This document shows positions 22,139-34,002 of a DNA stretch of 64,000 nucleotides, one piece after another; the first letter of the stretch is position 1; each line of letters opens with the position of its first letter. The DNA is from an uncultured Nitrososphaeraceae archaeon. Its GTDB lineage: Archaea > Thermoproteota > Nitrososphaeria > Nitrososphaerales > Nitrososphaeraceae. The translations under genes and the position numbers were made by a program. The notes beneath the pieces were generated by a model, which worked only from the letters and a program-made list of their open reading frames with translations, did no database searches and was not told the DNA's origin. Where the stretch lies: assembly GCA_963825865.1 (NCBI GenBank), contig CAWGVG010000021.1, forward strand, positions 160,001 to 224,000, given 5' to 3'.

Positions 22139-22344
22139 TAAATAAAATGAATATCAATATTTGTACAAGAATCGTGCTCTGATGGTGATAGTTGGAAATG
22201 AGTACAATTTCTGATCTTCACAAAATGCTAAGAGAATACAAAGGCAGTAATCCTTATGGTTATTCGAATCTAAGAAAGAAATATACAAGACGTGATAGAG
22301 TTGTATTAAAATCAGGATATTTTCTTGGATAAGCTTATGGTAAT

Positions 22345-22710
22345 TTGCGCAAATGTTGGCGTGGCTATAAAATTGCAAAGAATGATGGAGATGAAGAGAA
22401 TATGATTTATTATGCAAAAGGAATTCAAAAATATCAAGTACCGTCAAAAGTCCCACTAATTAGTTTTCCAATGAGTATTGTAATGCGAGAACTTCATATT
22501 CCTATACCTATTCCTGGAGTTCCCTGACCATTTGCTATTGCTGATACTGCTGTTCTCGAAAGCGCTATGTCAAAAACAGGATTCAGAAACATACATATTG
22601 AAAGACTTACTGTAGCTTTTGAATTTGCTACAGTAGAAGATTATATTAGTTATACCAAAGCGACTGCTGCTCCAATTAAGAGCATATTAAATAAAGAACC
22701 TGTAAAGGTG
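22345..22710 (+). pseudogene. chimeric relic: hypothetical-protein fragment fused to a probable SAM-methyltransferase C-terminus
   Basis: RKCWRGYKIAK...YYAKGIQKYQ joined to VPLISFPMSIV...PGVP*PFAIAD...GFRNIHIERLTVAFEFATVEDY. Confidence 0.5.
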
Positions 22711-22814
22711 AGTCTTAGTATTCCAAAAGAGTAAATTGTTCTGCTCATACAGCGTAGAACACCTTCTTTTACTTATTTTTGTTGGCCTTTATTAAGACCA
22801 TAATGTGAATGTTA

Positions 22815-23389
22815 TTATAATGATATGAGTTCCTTATACCGAAAGCAACAGATAGTATGATCATTTACCATTCCAACAGCCTGCATCATAGAATAACAAA
22901 TAGTAGATCCTACAAAAATAAAACCTCTTTTCTTCAGATCATTGCTCAATACATCAGAAATTTGTGTCCTCGAAGGAACGTCGGTCCAGCTTTTCCAATG
23001 ATTTTGTTTTGGTTTTCCATCAACGAAGCTCCACAGATATGAGTCGAAGCTCCCAAATTCTTTCTGTACCTATTATGAAAGCCCTTGCATTTTTTACAAC
23101 GGATTGAATTTTTAATCTATTTCTTATTATAGATGGATTTATAAGCAGTCTGTTGAAACTTTCCTTTATCATAATTGGCAATCTTCTGAACATCAAAATT
23201 GTCAAATGCTTTTCTGTATCCTTCTCTTTTTTTAAGTATTGTAGCCCAACTTAGACCTGCCTGTGCTGATTCTAGTAACAAGAATTCAAATAGCTTATTG
23301 TCGTTATGAACTGGAACAGCCCATTCATTATCATGATATTCAACATCAATTAGACTGCCATTCTCGGCCCATTTACAACGAACTTTCAT
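22815..23389 (-). CDS. tag: DNA-3-methyladenine glycosylase I (frameshifted)
   Basis: RCKWA...YHDNEW...LFEFLLLESAQAGLSWATILKKREGY; IIRNRLKI; GMVNDHTICCFR. Confidence 0.9.
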
Positions 23390-23694
23390 TTGCTTATGAT
23401 TTATAGATCAATGATTCTGTGGATATATACTGATATATCTAATTTGTTTCTGTTTTTCTAAGTGTTTCATAAGATGAAATACGAGAACATTATGGACCGA
23501 TGAAAGTGGAATAGCTGGATGTATTGGATTCAATTAAAGCAGCAAATTATATGAAATGACGTGAAGCTTTTTCAAAATATGACTCCGATAACATCTGCTA
23601 AGCAAGAAACTTACTTTAGCCTACCATTAAGTACATAGATATCACATGTAATAATTAAAGCATGCTTTTTTGTTCTATGATTCAAATTATTAAT

Positions 23695-24722
23695 TGTTGG
23701 TACTTACAGTGATAGGTTACACTTTCGATTACCTACATAGGTTACACTTTCTTGCTTCTTCATTCTGCATACAGTCGAATTATTGAATCTTTGTATAAAC
23801 ATCTCAGATGGAGTCATACCGTTTATTCCACCATGTTCTCTAGTTTCATTATATGCTTTGACAAACATATCATACCTTAGTTTTCCATCATCAATACTTG
23901 CTATATCTTCAATTTTCAGGAACTCATTCTTTACAATCTTGTTATATGCTTCTATCTTTCCTTGTAACTGTGGATAGGAATTTGGAATTGGTTTATCCTT
24001 TATATCATTCCTATGCAGAAAGTGTTTGAATATTTTAGATGTAAACTGCTTACCGTTGTCATGCATAGTCTTTTTGGGCTTTCCGTTATCCATAATCCAC
24101 TCCTCTAGTACATTCAAAACATCAATGCTCCTCTTTCTTTCAGACCACTTGCTAGCAACTTTTCTTGAACAGTCATCTATACAGTTTATCATGTAATTTC
24201 GTGTGTTGGAATAACGCAGATAAAAAGGTCCAAGAATATCCATTTGTACCATATCATTTGGATGTCTCATTTCAAATCTCTTGTACTTTCTATTATTCTT
24301 TATCTTACACTTGAGGATGTTGAGATCATGTTTCCTTAATGTCTTGTATATGGTTCTGCTACTCAATGATATTCCGATTCTCTTTAGTCTGAACCTGATC
24401 CTGTTACAGCCAAATCTCTTTAGCCGCAAATCTAGTATTGCTTCTTCCATCTTCTTGGTTGTCTTGTACTTGATATTATGAGGTGTCCTAGACAGGTCAG
24501 CGAGACCTTCTATTCCTTGTATTTTATATCTATTCTTCCACTTGTAGTACGTCTTTCTGGATACACCATATTTCCTACAAATACTATTTACGGTGTTACC
24601 AGTCCATTCATATTCATGAATGAGATTGAATTTTGTTCTAATTTCTATAGATATCCACTTCCTAGCAGAAGTGTTACCTATGTTTGTAGGTGATATTGTC
24701 ACCTATCTCTGTAAGTACAACA
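23695..24722 (-). mobile_element. IS481-family element, TSD ATTAAT
   Basis: TGT...ACA ends (TGTTGGTACTTACAG / CTGTAAGTACAACA); ATTAAT at 23689-23694 and 24723-24728. Confidence 0.92.
23704..24702 (-). CDS. IS481 transposase (HTH + rve integrase core)
   Basis: CRKYGVSRKTYYKW, QMDI, IDDCSR, HDNGKQF, GKIEAYNK. Confidence 0.92.
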   Translation of the reverse strand: MTISPTNIGNTSARKWISIEIRTKFNLIHEYEWTGNTVNSICRKYGVSRKTYYKWKNRYKIQGIEGLADLSRTPHNIKYKTTKKMEEAILDLRLKRFGCNRIRFRLKRIGISLSSRTIYKTLRKHDLNILKCKIKNNRKYKRFEMRHPNDMVQMDILGPFYLRYSNTRNYMINCIDDCSRKVASKWSERKRSIDVLNVLEEWIMDNGKPKKTMHDNGKQFTSKIFKHFLHRNDIKDKPIPNSYPQLQGKIEAYNKIVKNEFLKIEDIASIDDGKLRYDMFVKAYNETREHGGINGMTPSEMFIQRFNNSTVCRMKKQESVTYVGNRKCNLSL

Positions 24723-24895
24723 ATTAATAACGAGTGATAAAATCGAGTGCACTCCTCTAGTGACAATGTAATTTTATACTTGCTTGTTTATTTTAAATTG
24801 TTGATAAATTAATTGATAAACAAGCTTTAATTTTCGATACCACGGTCTATATATGTTTTTTATAGAGTCGAAATTAATGATAAACAAGAATAGAG

Positions 24896-25507
24896 ATGTT
24901 TACTGGCATCATCGAAGGAATTGGTGAAGTAAAATCAGCATCTAAATTTAAAGACAAGAACAAAGCAGCAAGTATGAGACTAAGCATATATCTTGGGAAG
25001 ATCTATAAGGGTTTAAAGGTTGGCAATAGCGTAAGCATCAATGGGACTTGTCTTACAATTACAAAACTATGCAAACGAAGAACAGCGGATTTTGAGATTG
25101 TAGGAGAAACTATCAAGCGCACCTGCCTAGGTTTAGTAAGACCAGGCGATAAAGTCAATATTGAGAGAAGTTTACGAGTGGGCGAGAGGTTAGAAGGGCA
25201 TATCGTTCTTGGTCATGTAGATGCGACAGGGACAATAAAAGAGATTATTACATCCACAATAGAGACAAAAATATGGATAAAAATTGAGAAGAGAGAGGTC
25301 TTACGTTCAATTGTCTCCAAGGGATCAATAGCAATAGATGGAGTAAGTCTGACGGTTGTAGATATAAAAGATGATAAGGTTTCTATTTCTTTAATACCCC
25401 ATACTTTAGCCAATACTACACTCGGATTGAAATCAAATGGCGACAAGGTTAATGTCGAGATAGACATAATTGGTAAATACATCATTAACAACTTACCAAA
25501 AAGTTAG
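24896..25507 (+). CDS. ribE: riboflavin synthase (bacterial-type alpha chain)
   Basis: MFTGII, SINGTCLT, VNIERSL, GHIVLGHVD, KGSIAIDGVSLTV. Confidence 0.95.
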   Translation: MFTGIIEGIGEVKSASKFKDKNKAASMRLSIYLGKIYKGLKVGNSVSINGTCLTITKLCKRRTADFEIVGETIKRTCLGLVRPGDKVNIERSLRVGERLEGHIVLGHVDATGTIKEIITSTIETKIWIKIEKREVLRSIVSKGSIAIDGVSLTVVDIKDDKVSISLIPHTLANTTLGLKSNGDKVNVEIDIIGKYIINNLPKS

Positions 25508-25562
25508 TAATTACTCGAATTTTAGTAAACTATATAATGAATTTCTGTTGCAAACTACTTAT

Positions 25563-26247
25563 TTGTCTCAAATTGAAGAAGCAATAGCCGCGTTACGAGA
25601 CGGTAAATTCGTTCTTGTCCATGATGATAAAGGTCGTGAAGATGAGGTTGATATGGTAATTGCTGCAGAACATGTTAGACCACAGCATATTGCAACAATG
25701 AGAAACGATGCAGGAGGATTACTTTGTCTAGCTATTGCAAATGAAATTACAGTAAAATTGGGTCTAGTATATATGCACGACATAATACAGAGCCTATCAA
25801 ACATCAATCCAATATTTTCGAAATTAACTAGTGGCAAATCACCATATGGCGACAAACCATCTTTTTCAATTTCTGTAAACCATCGCGATACATATACTGG
25901 AATAACAGATGTAGATAGAGCGTTGACAATTTTTAAAATGGCAGAAGTATGTAAGGAAATTGACTCCAGCGGAATAGATGAATTTGCAAAGGATTTCCGA
26001 GCACCAGGCCATATCCCAATTTTAATTGCATCAAAAGGCCTTCTTCAAGAGAGAATGGGACATACTGAACTTTGTATATATCTGACTCAGCTGAGCTAGA
26101 TTGATTCCTGCAGCAGCGATTTGTGAAATGCTGGATTCTACTACGCACAGAGCATTGTCAGAGAGCCAGGCAAAAAAATATGCAGACAAAGCTGGCATTC
26201 CATTAATAGAAGCAAGCCAGATAAAGACGTATACCAAGGCGGCTTGA
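25563..26247 (+). CDS. ribB: 3,4-dihydroxy-2-butanone-4-phosphate synthase (frameshift near 26095)
   Basis: DDKGREDEVD, TGITDVDRALT, FRAPGH, RMGHTE, ICEMLD. Confidence 0.92.
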
Positions 26248-26254
26248 TTGATAA

Positions 26255-26720
26255 TTGAATAAAATCAAGATAGCAATAGTAGTCTCCGAGTTTAACAGTA
26301 GCATTACTTTTCAAATGTTGGATAAAGCAAAAAACCAGGCCCAAAAAGTCAAAGCAGATATCAAATATGTATGCTATGTACCAGGTTCATTTGATATGCC
26401 ATTGGTAATTGAAGAACTTTTGAAAAAGAAGGATGTAGACGCTGCAGTAACATTGGGCGCGGTAATCAAAGGTGAAACATGTCATGATGACATTGTTGCA
26501 GAAAATGCTGCTAGGCTGATTGCGGATCTTTCTCTGAAACATGGCAAGCCAGTCGCACTTGGAATTACTGGTCCAAATATGACTATGGAACAAGCAAGAG
26601 ATAGGATCACTTTTGTGCCGCTGCGTGCAGTAAATGGCAGCGGTTAATATGGCAATTAGAATTAAAAAATTAAAAAAAGAAAAACCGATCTCAGGAAGGA
26701 CAGTGACAATAATAGATTGA
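26255..26720 (+). CDS. ribH: 6,7-dimethyl-8-ribityllumazine synthase (frameshift near 3' end)
   Basis: IAIVVSEFN, VPGSFDMP, LGAVIKGET.H, KPVALGITGP. Confidence 0.95.
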
Positions 26721-27496
26721 CAATACAAATCACAATTATCAGAATTGAAGGATATGGCCCATGGACGCTTAGACTGGGTAGCGATAGAGAAGCGCAGCTG
26801 CAAATGCTGCAGGCAAGGATCTATTATGATATACAACGGTTGTTTTCAGAAAAAGAATGTCTTGTATATTCAAACCGATTTGATGAGTATTTTGCAATAA
26901 CTAACGGTCTTTCAGTCCAAGACCATATAGTCATCCAGAAAGAGCTTGCAAATCTATACAAGGACCTCGAAATATCAATGACAATTGGAAAGGGCATAAC
27001 ACCGTTTGAAGCCAATTTGAATGCTTACAATGCAAGGAAAGCAAAACAGCTTGATAGAAAAAGGAATTTTTTTGCAAAAACAATATCATCCTCTATATCT
27101 TCAAATTCAATATCCTCTCAGGAATTTGTCCAAATTATGCACATTGACATTGATGATTCTACGAAAGTTAGTTCCAAATTATCACCATATGAAATTACGT
27201 CTCTAGTAATCAAGATCTATTCTAGATTGTCAGAAGAATTTCTTGGAAAAGGTTCGCTAACATTTTTCATTGGCGGAGACAATTTCATGGTTATATCAAA
27301 CGGAACTACAAAAGAGGATGCAGAGGAGATTATCAAGATAGTTACCACAGCTATTAATATTAAATTAAATTGTGGAATCGGTATTGGAAGAACTGGAAGA
27401 AAAGCCGCTCAGGCTGCAACCAAAGCACTTGATACCATCCGGGATTTAAGAGATGAAGGGAAAATTCAGTCAGTTTATGAAATGAAATGTCTCTAG
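26717..27496 (+). CDS. gch3: GTP cyclohydrolase III/IIa (ArfA)
   Basis: IEGYGPWT...DREAQLQ, RFDE, HIDID, FIGGDNFM. Confidence 0.92.
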   Translation: MTIQITIIRIEGYGPWTLRLGSDREAQLQMLQARIYYDIQRLFSEKECLVYSNRFDEYFAITNGLSVQDHIVIQKELANLYKDLEISMTIGKGITPFEANLNAYNARKAKQLDRKRNFFAKTISSSISSNSISSQEFVQIMHIDIDDSTKVSSKLSPYEITSLVIKIYSRLSEEFLGKGSLTFFIGGDNFMVISNGTTKEDAEEIIKIVTTAINIKLNCGIGIGRTGRKAAQAATKALDTIRDLRDEGKIQSVYEMKCL

Positions 27497-28774
27497 TAAT
27501 CAAGAATGCAAGCCTATTACTTGGAAAAGATTTAACCTTTGTTAACTCTGGGTTTATTGAAATTGGAAAAAATGGAATAATAAAGAAAGCAGGATCTGGA
27601 AGTCATTATAATAATATAGATGAAAATAATAGTGATAATGTAATAGATGCAGAAGGATTTCTAATAATTCCTGGATTCATCAATGCTCATACGCATGTAG
27701 GAGATTCAATTGGAAAAGATATCGCAGTTGATTCCGGACTTGAGGCAAGAGTCCACCCTGTTTTTGGAGCAAAAAAGAAGATTTTACAAAAAAGTAAACC
27801 AGATCACCTCAAGATATTCATGAGAAGTTCTGCGATATCTATGATGAAAAAAGGGATTGTTGCTTTTGCAGATTTTAGAGAAGGTGGTCCTGAGGGTGTA
27901 AAACTATTGAAGGATGCAATTTCCGATCTACCTATCAAGTGCATGATATTTGGTCGAGTTGAATATTATCTTGATCCCTCAAAAAAAGGAAGAGGAAGAA
28001 GAAGTAATATAGGAGAAATGAAAAATGGCAGAAAACTTCCGCCATACGCATTACAAATGGCTTCGGATGTTTTGAAAATTGCTGATGGATTGGGAATTAG
28101 CAGTGCAAATGAAAATACTACTGAATCACTTCAACAGTATCATAAATTATTGCATGAGAACAATAAGAATAAAACAAACAAGGAATTGCTAATAGCAATT
28201 CATGCCGCTGAGTCAAAAAATACTAATGAGTTTTCAAAATTAAAAACAGGTAAAACTGAAGTAGATATAATAATGCACTATTTGAAACCAGACATTATTG
28301 TTCATATGACCAATGCAACTGACAACGATATTTCCATGGTGGCAGAAAAAAGAACTGCAGTAATAGTCTGTCCAAGAGCAAATGGAATACTTGGTGCTGG
28401 TATTCCAAAAGTTGCAAAAATGTTAAAACGTGGATGTACTATTGGGATAGGAACAGATAATGTGATGTTGAATTCTCCTGACATTTTCCGGGAATTGGAC
28501 TATCTGTGGAAAGTATCAAGGGCAACAGAACCAGAATTGATTGATGCTAAAAACATACTAAAGATGGCAACAGTAAATGCGGCGAAAATTCTTAGGCTGA
28601 ATTCCGGGCTGTATAGAAGCTGGACGGTCAGCTGACCTGCTATTTATAGATAAAAACCACATTGATTTGTACCCGATCCATAATCCCTATGCTTCAGTAG
28701 TTCAAAGAGCAAACCAAGATTCAATCAGAGCTGTGATGATCAATGGAGAATTCATAGATGAAGCATTACTCTGA
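27487..28774 (+). CDS. metal-dependent amidohydrolase/deaminase (COG0402-like), frameshift near 3' end
   Basis: PGFINAHTHVGD, IHAAE, IVHMT, CPRAN, GTDNVM. Confidence 0.88.
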
Positions 28775-29426
28775 TTTGCGAGTTACAATTAATACAGCAA
28801 TGACAATTGACGGCAAAATTGTGACTATCCATGGAGACTCTGCAATTTCTTCAAAACAGGATCTAAAAAGGATTCATAAATTGCGATCCTCGGTTGATGC
28901 AATTATTGTTGGAATATCGACTGTCATTGCAGATAATCCAAGGCTCACTGTAAGACTAGTTAAAAAGAAAAGAAAAGAAGATCCTGCCAGAATCATAATA
29001 GACAGCACAGGCAGAATACCACTTAGTTCGAAGCTTTTGCAAACTGCATATAAGATCAAAACGATAGTAGCAGTAACAAAACGTGCACCGGATTATAAAA
29101 TTCGCGAAATCAGGAATACTGGTGCAACAGTAATTATCGCAGGAACAAAAATAGTTGATCTGAAAGAATTATTTTTGAATCTGAAAGAGATTGGAGTTAG
29201 AAAAATTCTCGTTGAAGGTGGTGGAGAGTTGAATTGGTCTCTTCTTAGATTAGGAATTGTGGACGAATTAATTGTAACAATCGCACCAAGAATAGTAGGT
29301 GGTAGAACGGCAGCTACATTAGTAGAAGGTGAGGGATATACAAAAATTTCAAAAGGCATAAAAATGAAGTTAAAGAACGTGTTGAGGCAAAATGATGGTG
29401 AGATCGTTTTGTATTACAAAATCTAG
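28758..29426 (+). CDS. arfC: 2,5-diamino-6-ribosylamino-4(3H)-pyrimidinone 5'-phosphate reductase (RibD C-terminal/Rib7/ArfC)
   Basis: AMTIDGKI, LRSSVDAIIVG..TV.ADNPRL, LVEGGGELN, DELIVTIAP. Confidence 0.9.
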   Translation: MKHYSDLRVTINTAMTIDGKIVTIHGDSAISSKQDLKRIHKLRSSVDAIIVGISTVIADNPRLTVRLVKKKRKEDPARIIIDSTGRIPLSSKLLQTAYKIKTIVAVTKRAPDYKIREIRNTGATVIIAGTKIVDLKELFLNLKEIGVRKILVEGGGELNWSLLRLGIVDELIVTIAPRIVGGRTAATLVEGEGYTKISKGIKMKLKNVLRQNDGEIVLYYKI

Positions 29427-29690
29427 TCCTGTAGAATAGATTTTAAGTATGGGATCCTATCAAACACCCATATACTAACCAATGGTATTATTATTATTAC
29501 TTGACAAGAGGAAGAAAATGAAAAGCGATGGCAGATTACTACAGAACCAGAAGATTCAGATTGGATGTACCAAATATCTGTTAAGGAGTATAAAAGAATT
29601 GATTGTAGTGATGACATAAGATTAGAAGTCATCAGAAATAAGAGCAATAAAATTCCTGTAATGAATATAGTAACACTGCCAGGTAAATGA

Positions 29691-30663
29691 TCAAGAGTTC
29701 CCCGTAATCCCCTGCGCAACAAGTATTGAATAACAACCAAGACCGCACTCTTCACAAATTGGTTTTAACGCTTTACTGTCTGCACTTCCTATACAACATG
29801 GCTCGCTTTACTCTTCCCATATGATCTAGTGAAAGTATGGCCCATGAAGGACATTGTATTGGTGTTGTACCAACTCCTCCCCAATTGCCTTTCATCAACG
29901 ATAATTGCTTCTCGCTATTGATTACAAAATTTGGATATTTCTTTCTTAAAGAAACAAGATTATCAACCACTTCATTACGCCCTTTCCCAAATGGTATCCA
30001 TAATGGGTCACCTTTTATAAATGGTGTATGGAACTGAAATCCTATTTTGTTCACATGTCCTTTCCATTCTTCTACTAAATCTTCAATTGTATTATAATTT
30101 AAAGAATTAATTGTCATTGTAATCCAGATATCTTTCCAAGCAGGTTTGCCATGACGATCTGGACCTTTTGTATACTCGAAAATATTTTGCTTAGTTTTTG
30201 CATATGAACCTTCTCCTCTGATGCTATCATGTACTATTTCTGTACCATCTAAGGATATCCAGTAAAAATATAGATTTTCAAATCGGTTTAAAGGATATGT
30301 TCCATTTGTAACAACACATACTCTTCTGGGCATTTCTTCGCAGAAAACTTGAATTATGTCTGGCCGCATTGTTGGTTCGCCACCCACCAAAGTTACGATA
30401 TAGATCTGCTGTTTTTTGAAAGTCTTTTTAATAATTTCTCTCCATCCTTCTGCATCTAGATCTTTTTCTTCATTTTTTCTGTTCAACCACCAATAACAGT
30501 GAGTGCAATGTAAGTTGCAGACATTGTTAACATCTACAGATCCATATAGCGCTGGTTTTGCGTGTAAGAGTTTGATGCTAGTATATTTTTTAAATATACT
30601 AACAAAAAAAGGCATTTCGCGAATAAGATCCGTTATACCCCTACCGTAAACTAAGTCTGCCAT
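29691..30663 (-). CDS. radical SAM protein with Cys-rich (SPASM/twitch-like) tail, frameshift near 29795
   Basis: CNLHCTHC, GGEP, VTNG, ISLDG; tail CPSW...PCCIG...CEECGLGC. Confidence 0.88.
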
Positions 30664-31022
30664 ATATAATAATGCTGTAAAACTTCTGGAGTAAATAAGT
30701 TTATAGAGGCTGCCACTTTAGGTATTTTTGTTATGTCATTCTACTATTATGGGTTATTAATCTCTTACTCATAAAAGACGTTAGTAGAGAATTTATGCAA
30801 AGTGGTAGTATAATTTGACTCAATATAATGTGCGTAGTAGGTAAATCGGAAAAGTGTATCCAAAATAAACATCATTTATGTGAATGCGATACAATAAGTT
30901 ATTAATGGTTCAAAAACAACAAAAATTTGTTCATGTCAATGTCATAACAATATTTATCAACTAATCCGAAGGATTCAGGCTGTAAATAGTCAGTAATAAT
31001 TCATATAATTATAATAGTATCA

Positions 31023-31562
31023 TTATTTCCTTGAAGACATATCTGCTGTTATTTGTTCAATCTTATAGCGCAATGCTTCCTTTACATTATTATTATCTAC
31101 CATATTAAGCGATCGTTTGCAATTTGGACATTTGAAAAATACTTCAACAGCAGAGTCGAATTTTACACGAGGACAATCCTTATTTCCACAGTGATAAAAC
31201 TCAGAAGACTCTTCATATTCTAACCGCTTTTGCAACCTATCGAGAATCTTTTTCTTTTGATTATCAATAAAATTATCAACCTGATCCTGTTTTGCACGCC
31301 ATCTATATACAAACCAGCCTTTCTTCTCATCTTTTACTCTTATACCGGTAATTAGAGCTTTGCCGAACATATCATAGAGAACTTTTCTTATGATGTTAAT
31401 TCTCAAACCAGTAGCACTGGCAATTTCTTCATCAGTTGCATCTTCAGCATTTAAAAGAGCTCGGGCAACCTTGAGATACTCTTCTCCTCCAATTAGACCT
31501 GCAATTTTAACGAAAGAATCTTCGTAACCCAACTGAGCGCATCTAATTGATTGAATCACCAT
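31023..31562 (-). CDS. tfe: transcription factor E (TFIIE alpha)
   Basis: ATDEEIASATGLRINIIRKVLY, GWFVYRW, CGNKDC...FKCPNC. Confidence 0.95.
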   Translation of the reverse strand: MVIQSIRCAQLGYEDSFVKIAGLIGGEEYLKVARALLNAEDATDEEIASATGLRINIIRKVLYDMFGKALITGIRVKDEKKGWFVYRWRAKQDQVDNFIDNQKKKILDRLQKRLEYEESSEFYHCGNKDCPRVKFDSAVEVFFKCPNCKRSLNMVDNNNVKEALRYKIEQITADMSSRK

Positions 31563-32121
31563 TTTTAGATATATAGTTTTGTTATAGTTGCTATAAATTG
31601 ACAGCATCTGAATAGCAAACTTGACAATATGAGAATATGAAGAACATTTAAGTAAGTTCTGTTGATTCTTCAGGTGTTTGAAGCCGTTGTTGGAGAACGT
31701 TGGCAGTAAAGGAATTTCCCTATCTTTACCATTAGTTGACAGAAATAGCTTGTTCTTCCTTAGTATTAAAATGCAAGTGATAATACTCCTTTAATTGTTA
31801 TTAAGAGTTAGAAAACGCTTTATTGCATACCAGAATTTACACATTTGTATCTCGGATTGTCTGAGGATGATTATGTGAACTGATTTCTTCAGGCGGATAA
31901 TCTTCCAGAAGGAGTTGAAACGTCAGGCAGATCTATATAAGCAGCAGAATTACTTTACAGAAGAAGGATAGGACTAATCCCAAATGTACAGGAAGTTTAT
32001 GCTAGAAGGGAGATCTTGTCCGTTGCGAATGACTTCTAGAACTTTTTTGTTCTTTAAGAGATAGCATAAGCATATCATTATAAGCAAATGAAAGAAGATA
32101 AGATAAGCAATTTTCTATTAC

Positions 32122-32382
32122 TTATCTTCTTATACTCTCGATAAAGAGCATTTCATCGAATTGGTTATACATCTGCAAAAAACGTATACCTTTTTCTGTT
32201 GTTCTCAAGAATTGTCTTCCTTCTTCATATTCCAATAGATCGTTTTCTAATAGGACTGTTAGGTATTCTTTTAGCTGAGCATAGGACAGAAAGGCCTTAT
32301 ACATTATTTTTGTCTTGGTAGCTCCACCGTTAGCGGCTTCTAGAATCAACCCAACTATATCAGTTCTGCTTCTATATTTCAT
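32122..32382 (-). CDS. winged-HTH transcriptional regulator (HTH_45/COG3432)
   Basis: MKYRSRTDIV..ILEAA.GGATKTKIMYKAFLSYAQLKEYL...TTEKG. Confidence 0.88.
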   Translation of the reverse strand: MKYRSRTDIVGLILEAANGGATKTKIMYKAFLSYAQLKEYLTVLLENDLLEYEEGRQFLRTTEKGIRFLQMYNQFDEMLFIESIRR

Positions 32383-32724
32383 AACAATGTTGTAATAAAA
32401 GATCAAGTATTTATGAGAAGCCGTACTATTGATCATAGTATTCGATCGATGAAGTGATCATTCTACTAGATTAAATATGCTCTCATTATAAAATCACTAT
32501 TTGATGAGCAAAGGCAAATTGTTAAAAAGTAATCATGGTTCAAAACATAGCATATGTATCCCAATAAACGCTTTTCACCAGTCGAATTTTTAAGAAAAGC
32601 AGATTCGTATGCTAACATATCTTTTTTGGAACATCTGTCTTTAGGAATTCGTCCTATCGAATCTGAATATATACCCTGACTACAATAAAATATGCTAAGA
32701 TGTAGTACCAACCAGCAAACTAAG

Positions 32725-34002
32725 TTGGAAAGGTTGGATAAAGTCAATTGTGCTGGTGTTTTGACTTTGCTATTTGCTAGGATAATATATGCAATAATTT
32801 GGTTTAATATTGCCTCTATATTCTCGCATATAGCATCAGACTTCAAAGAGGATGTTTCTATGCTTGGATTAATTACTGCAAGCTTCTTTGTAGGTATAGG
32901 TATATTTCAAGTGCCTGGTGGAATTCTTGCTGCAAAAACAGGGTTCTAAGAAAACTGCAACATATGGAATGACAATAGCTTCATCTGCAGCACTACTTTG
33001 TGGTCTATCTTCACAGTTACAACAGATAGAAGTATTAAGGTTTGTAGTTGGTCTTGGAATGGCATTTTTCTTTGGTCCCAGCGTTACTTTGATTACACGA
33101 TACCTGGGAAGAAGGTCTGAAGGATTAGCAGTCGGACTACTCAATTCAGCTCATTCTATAGGTGGTATCATAGGGCTATTTGGATGGGTAATCATTGCAG
33201 AAAGTATAGGATGGAGGCAAAGCTTACTGGTAAGCGGAGGATTAGGATTGATCAGCAGTCTACTATTAATTGTATTATTGTCAAGAAAAGAACAACAGGA
33301 ACAACAAGAATCAGGCAGAGGCTTTGAAATTAAGGTGTCTGATGTTCGCAGAGTGTTATTTGACAAATCTCTCTTTGGATTTGGATTAGTGTTGCTTGGA
33401 GCACAGATAGCATGGGGTCTAACTTTGACATTTGTTGTGTTTTATTTGGAAGATTATTTGAAGATAAATTCATCAATGGCTGGTTTAGTTGGAAGTTTAA
33501 GTCTGATATTTGCTCTTGTAGCAGCTCCTGTATTTGGAAGAATCTATGATAGAATTAGAAATATCCAGAAACTTTTGTTTGTCTGCGGCCTGGCAATGTC
33601 AATCAGCATAGCGGCAATTTCTTCTGCAAATACAAATACATCATCAGCATTGTATATGGTTGTAATTTCAACTGTTCTGGTAGGAATCTTTTCAGCTGGA
33701 GTCTTTACTATAGCATACGCTTCAGCAAAAGAAGCATATAGAATAGAAGAAGAAATGAAGCAAATGTAGAAAAAAGAAGAACAATAACTCCCCTGCAGCC
33801 CGAATACGATACCCTTGCCATAAGCTGGGTTAATGGCTTATCGTTGTTTGGTGCTTTTTGGGTTCCAATTATATTTTCATTTATTGTACACCATCTAGGT
33901 TATCCTATTGCATGGCTACTAGGAGGTATTTTCAGTCTTTTGTTCATATTACCAACACTTGGAATCAAATCATTCAAAGACAAAGACAAAAATGCTGACT
34001 AA
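32725..34002 (+). CDS. MFS transporter (two frameshifts)
   Basis: Multiple hydrophobic helices, QVPGGILA, LRFVVGLG, FGRIYDR. Confidence 0.85.

Larger units (their letters stand above)
19148..24817. mobile_element. integrated element flanked by ~63-bp direct repeats (attL/attR-like), integrase fragment at the left end
   Basis: CCTCTAGTG(A)CAATGTAATTTTATACTTGCTTGTTTATTTTAAATTGTTGAT(T/A)AATTAATTGAT at 19148-19210 and 24754-24817. Confidence 0.8.

Noticed and set aside
31860-32040. Possible C/D box sRNA or gene remnant
   Set aside because: Box matches are imperfect and the reading frames are broken; not supportable.
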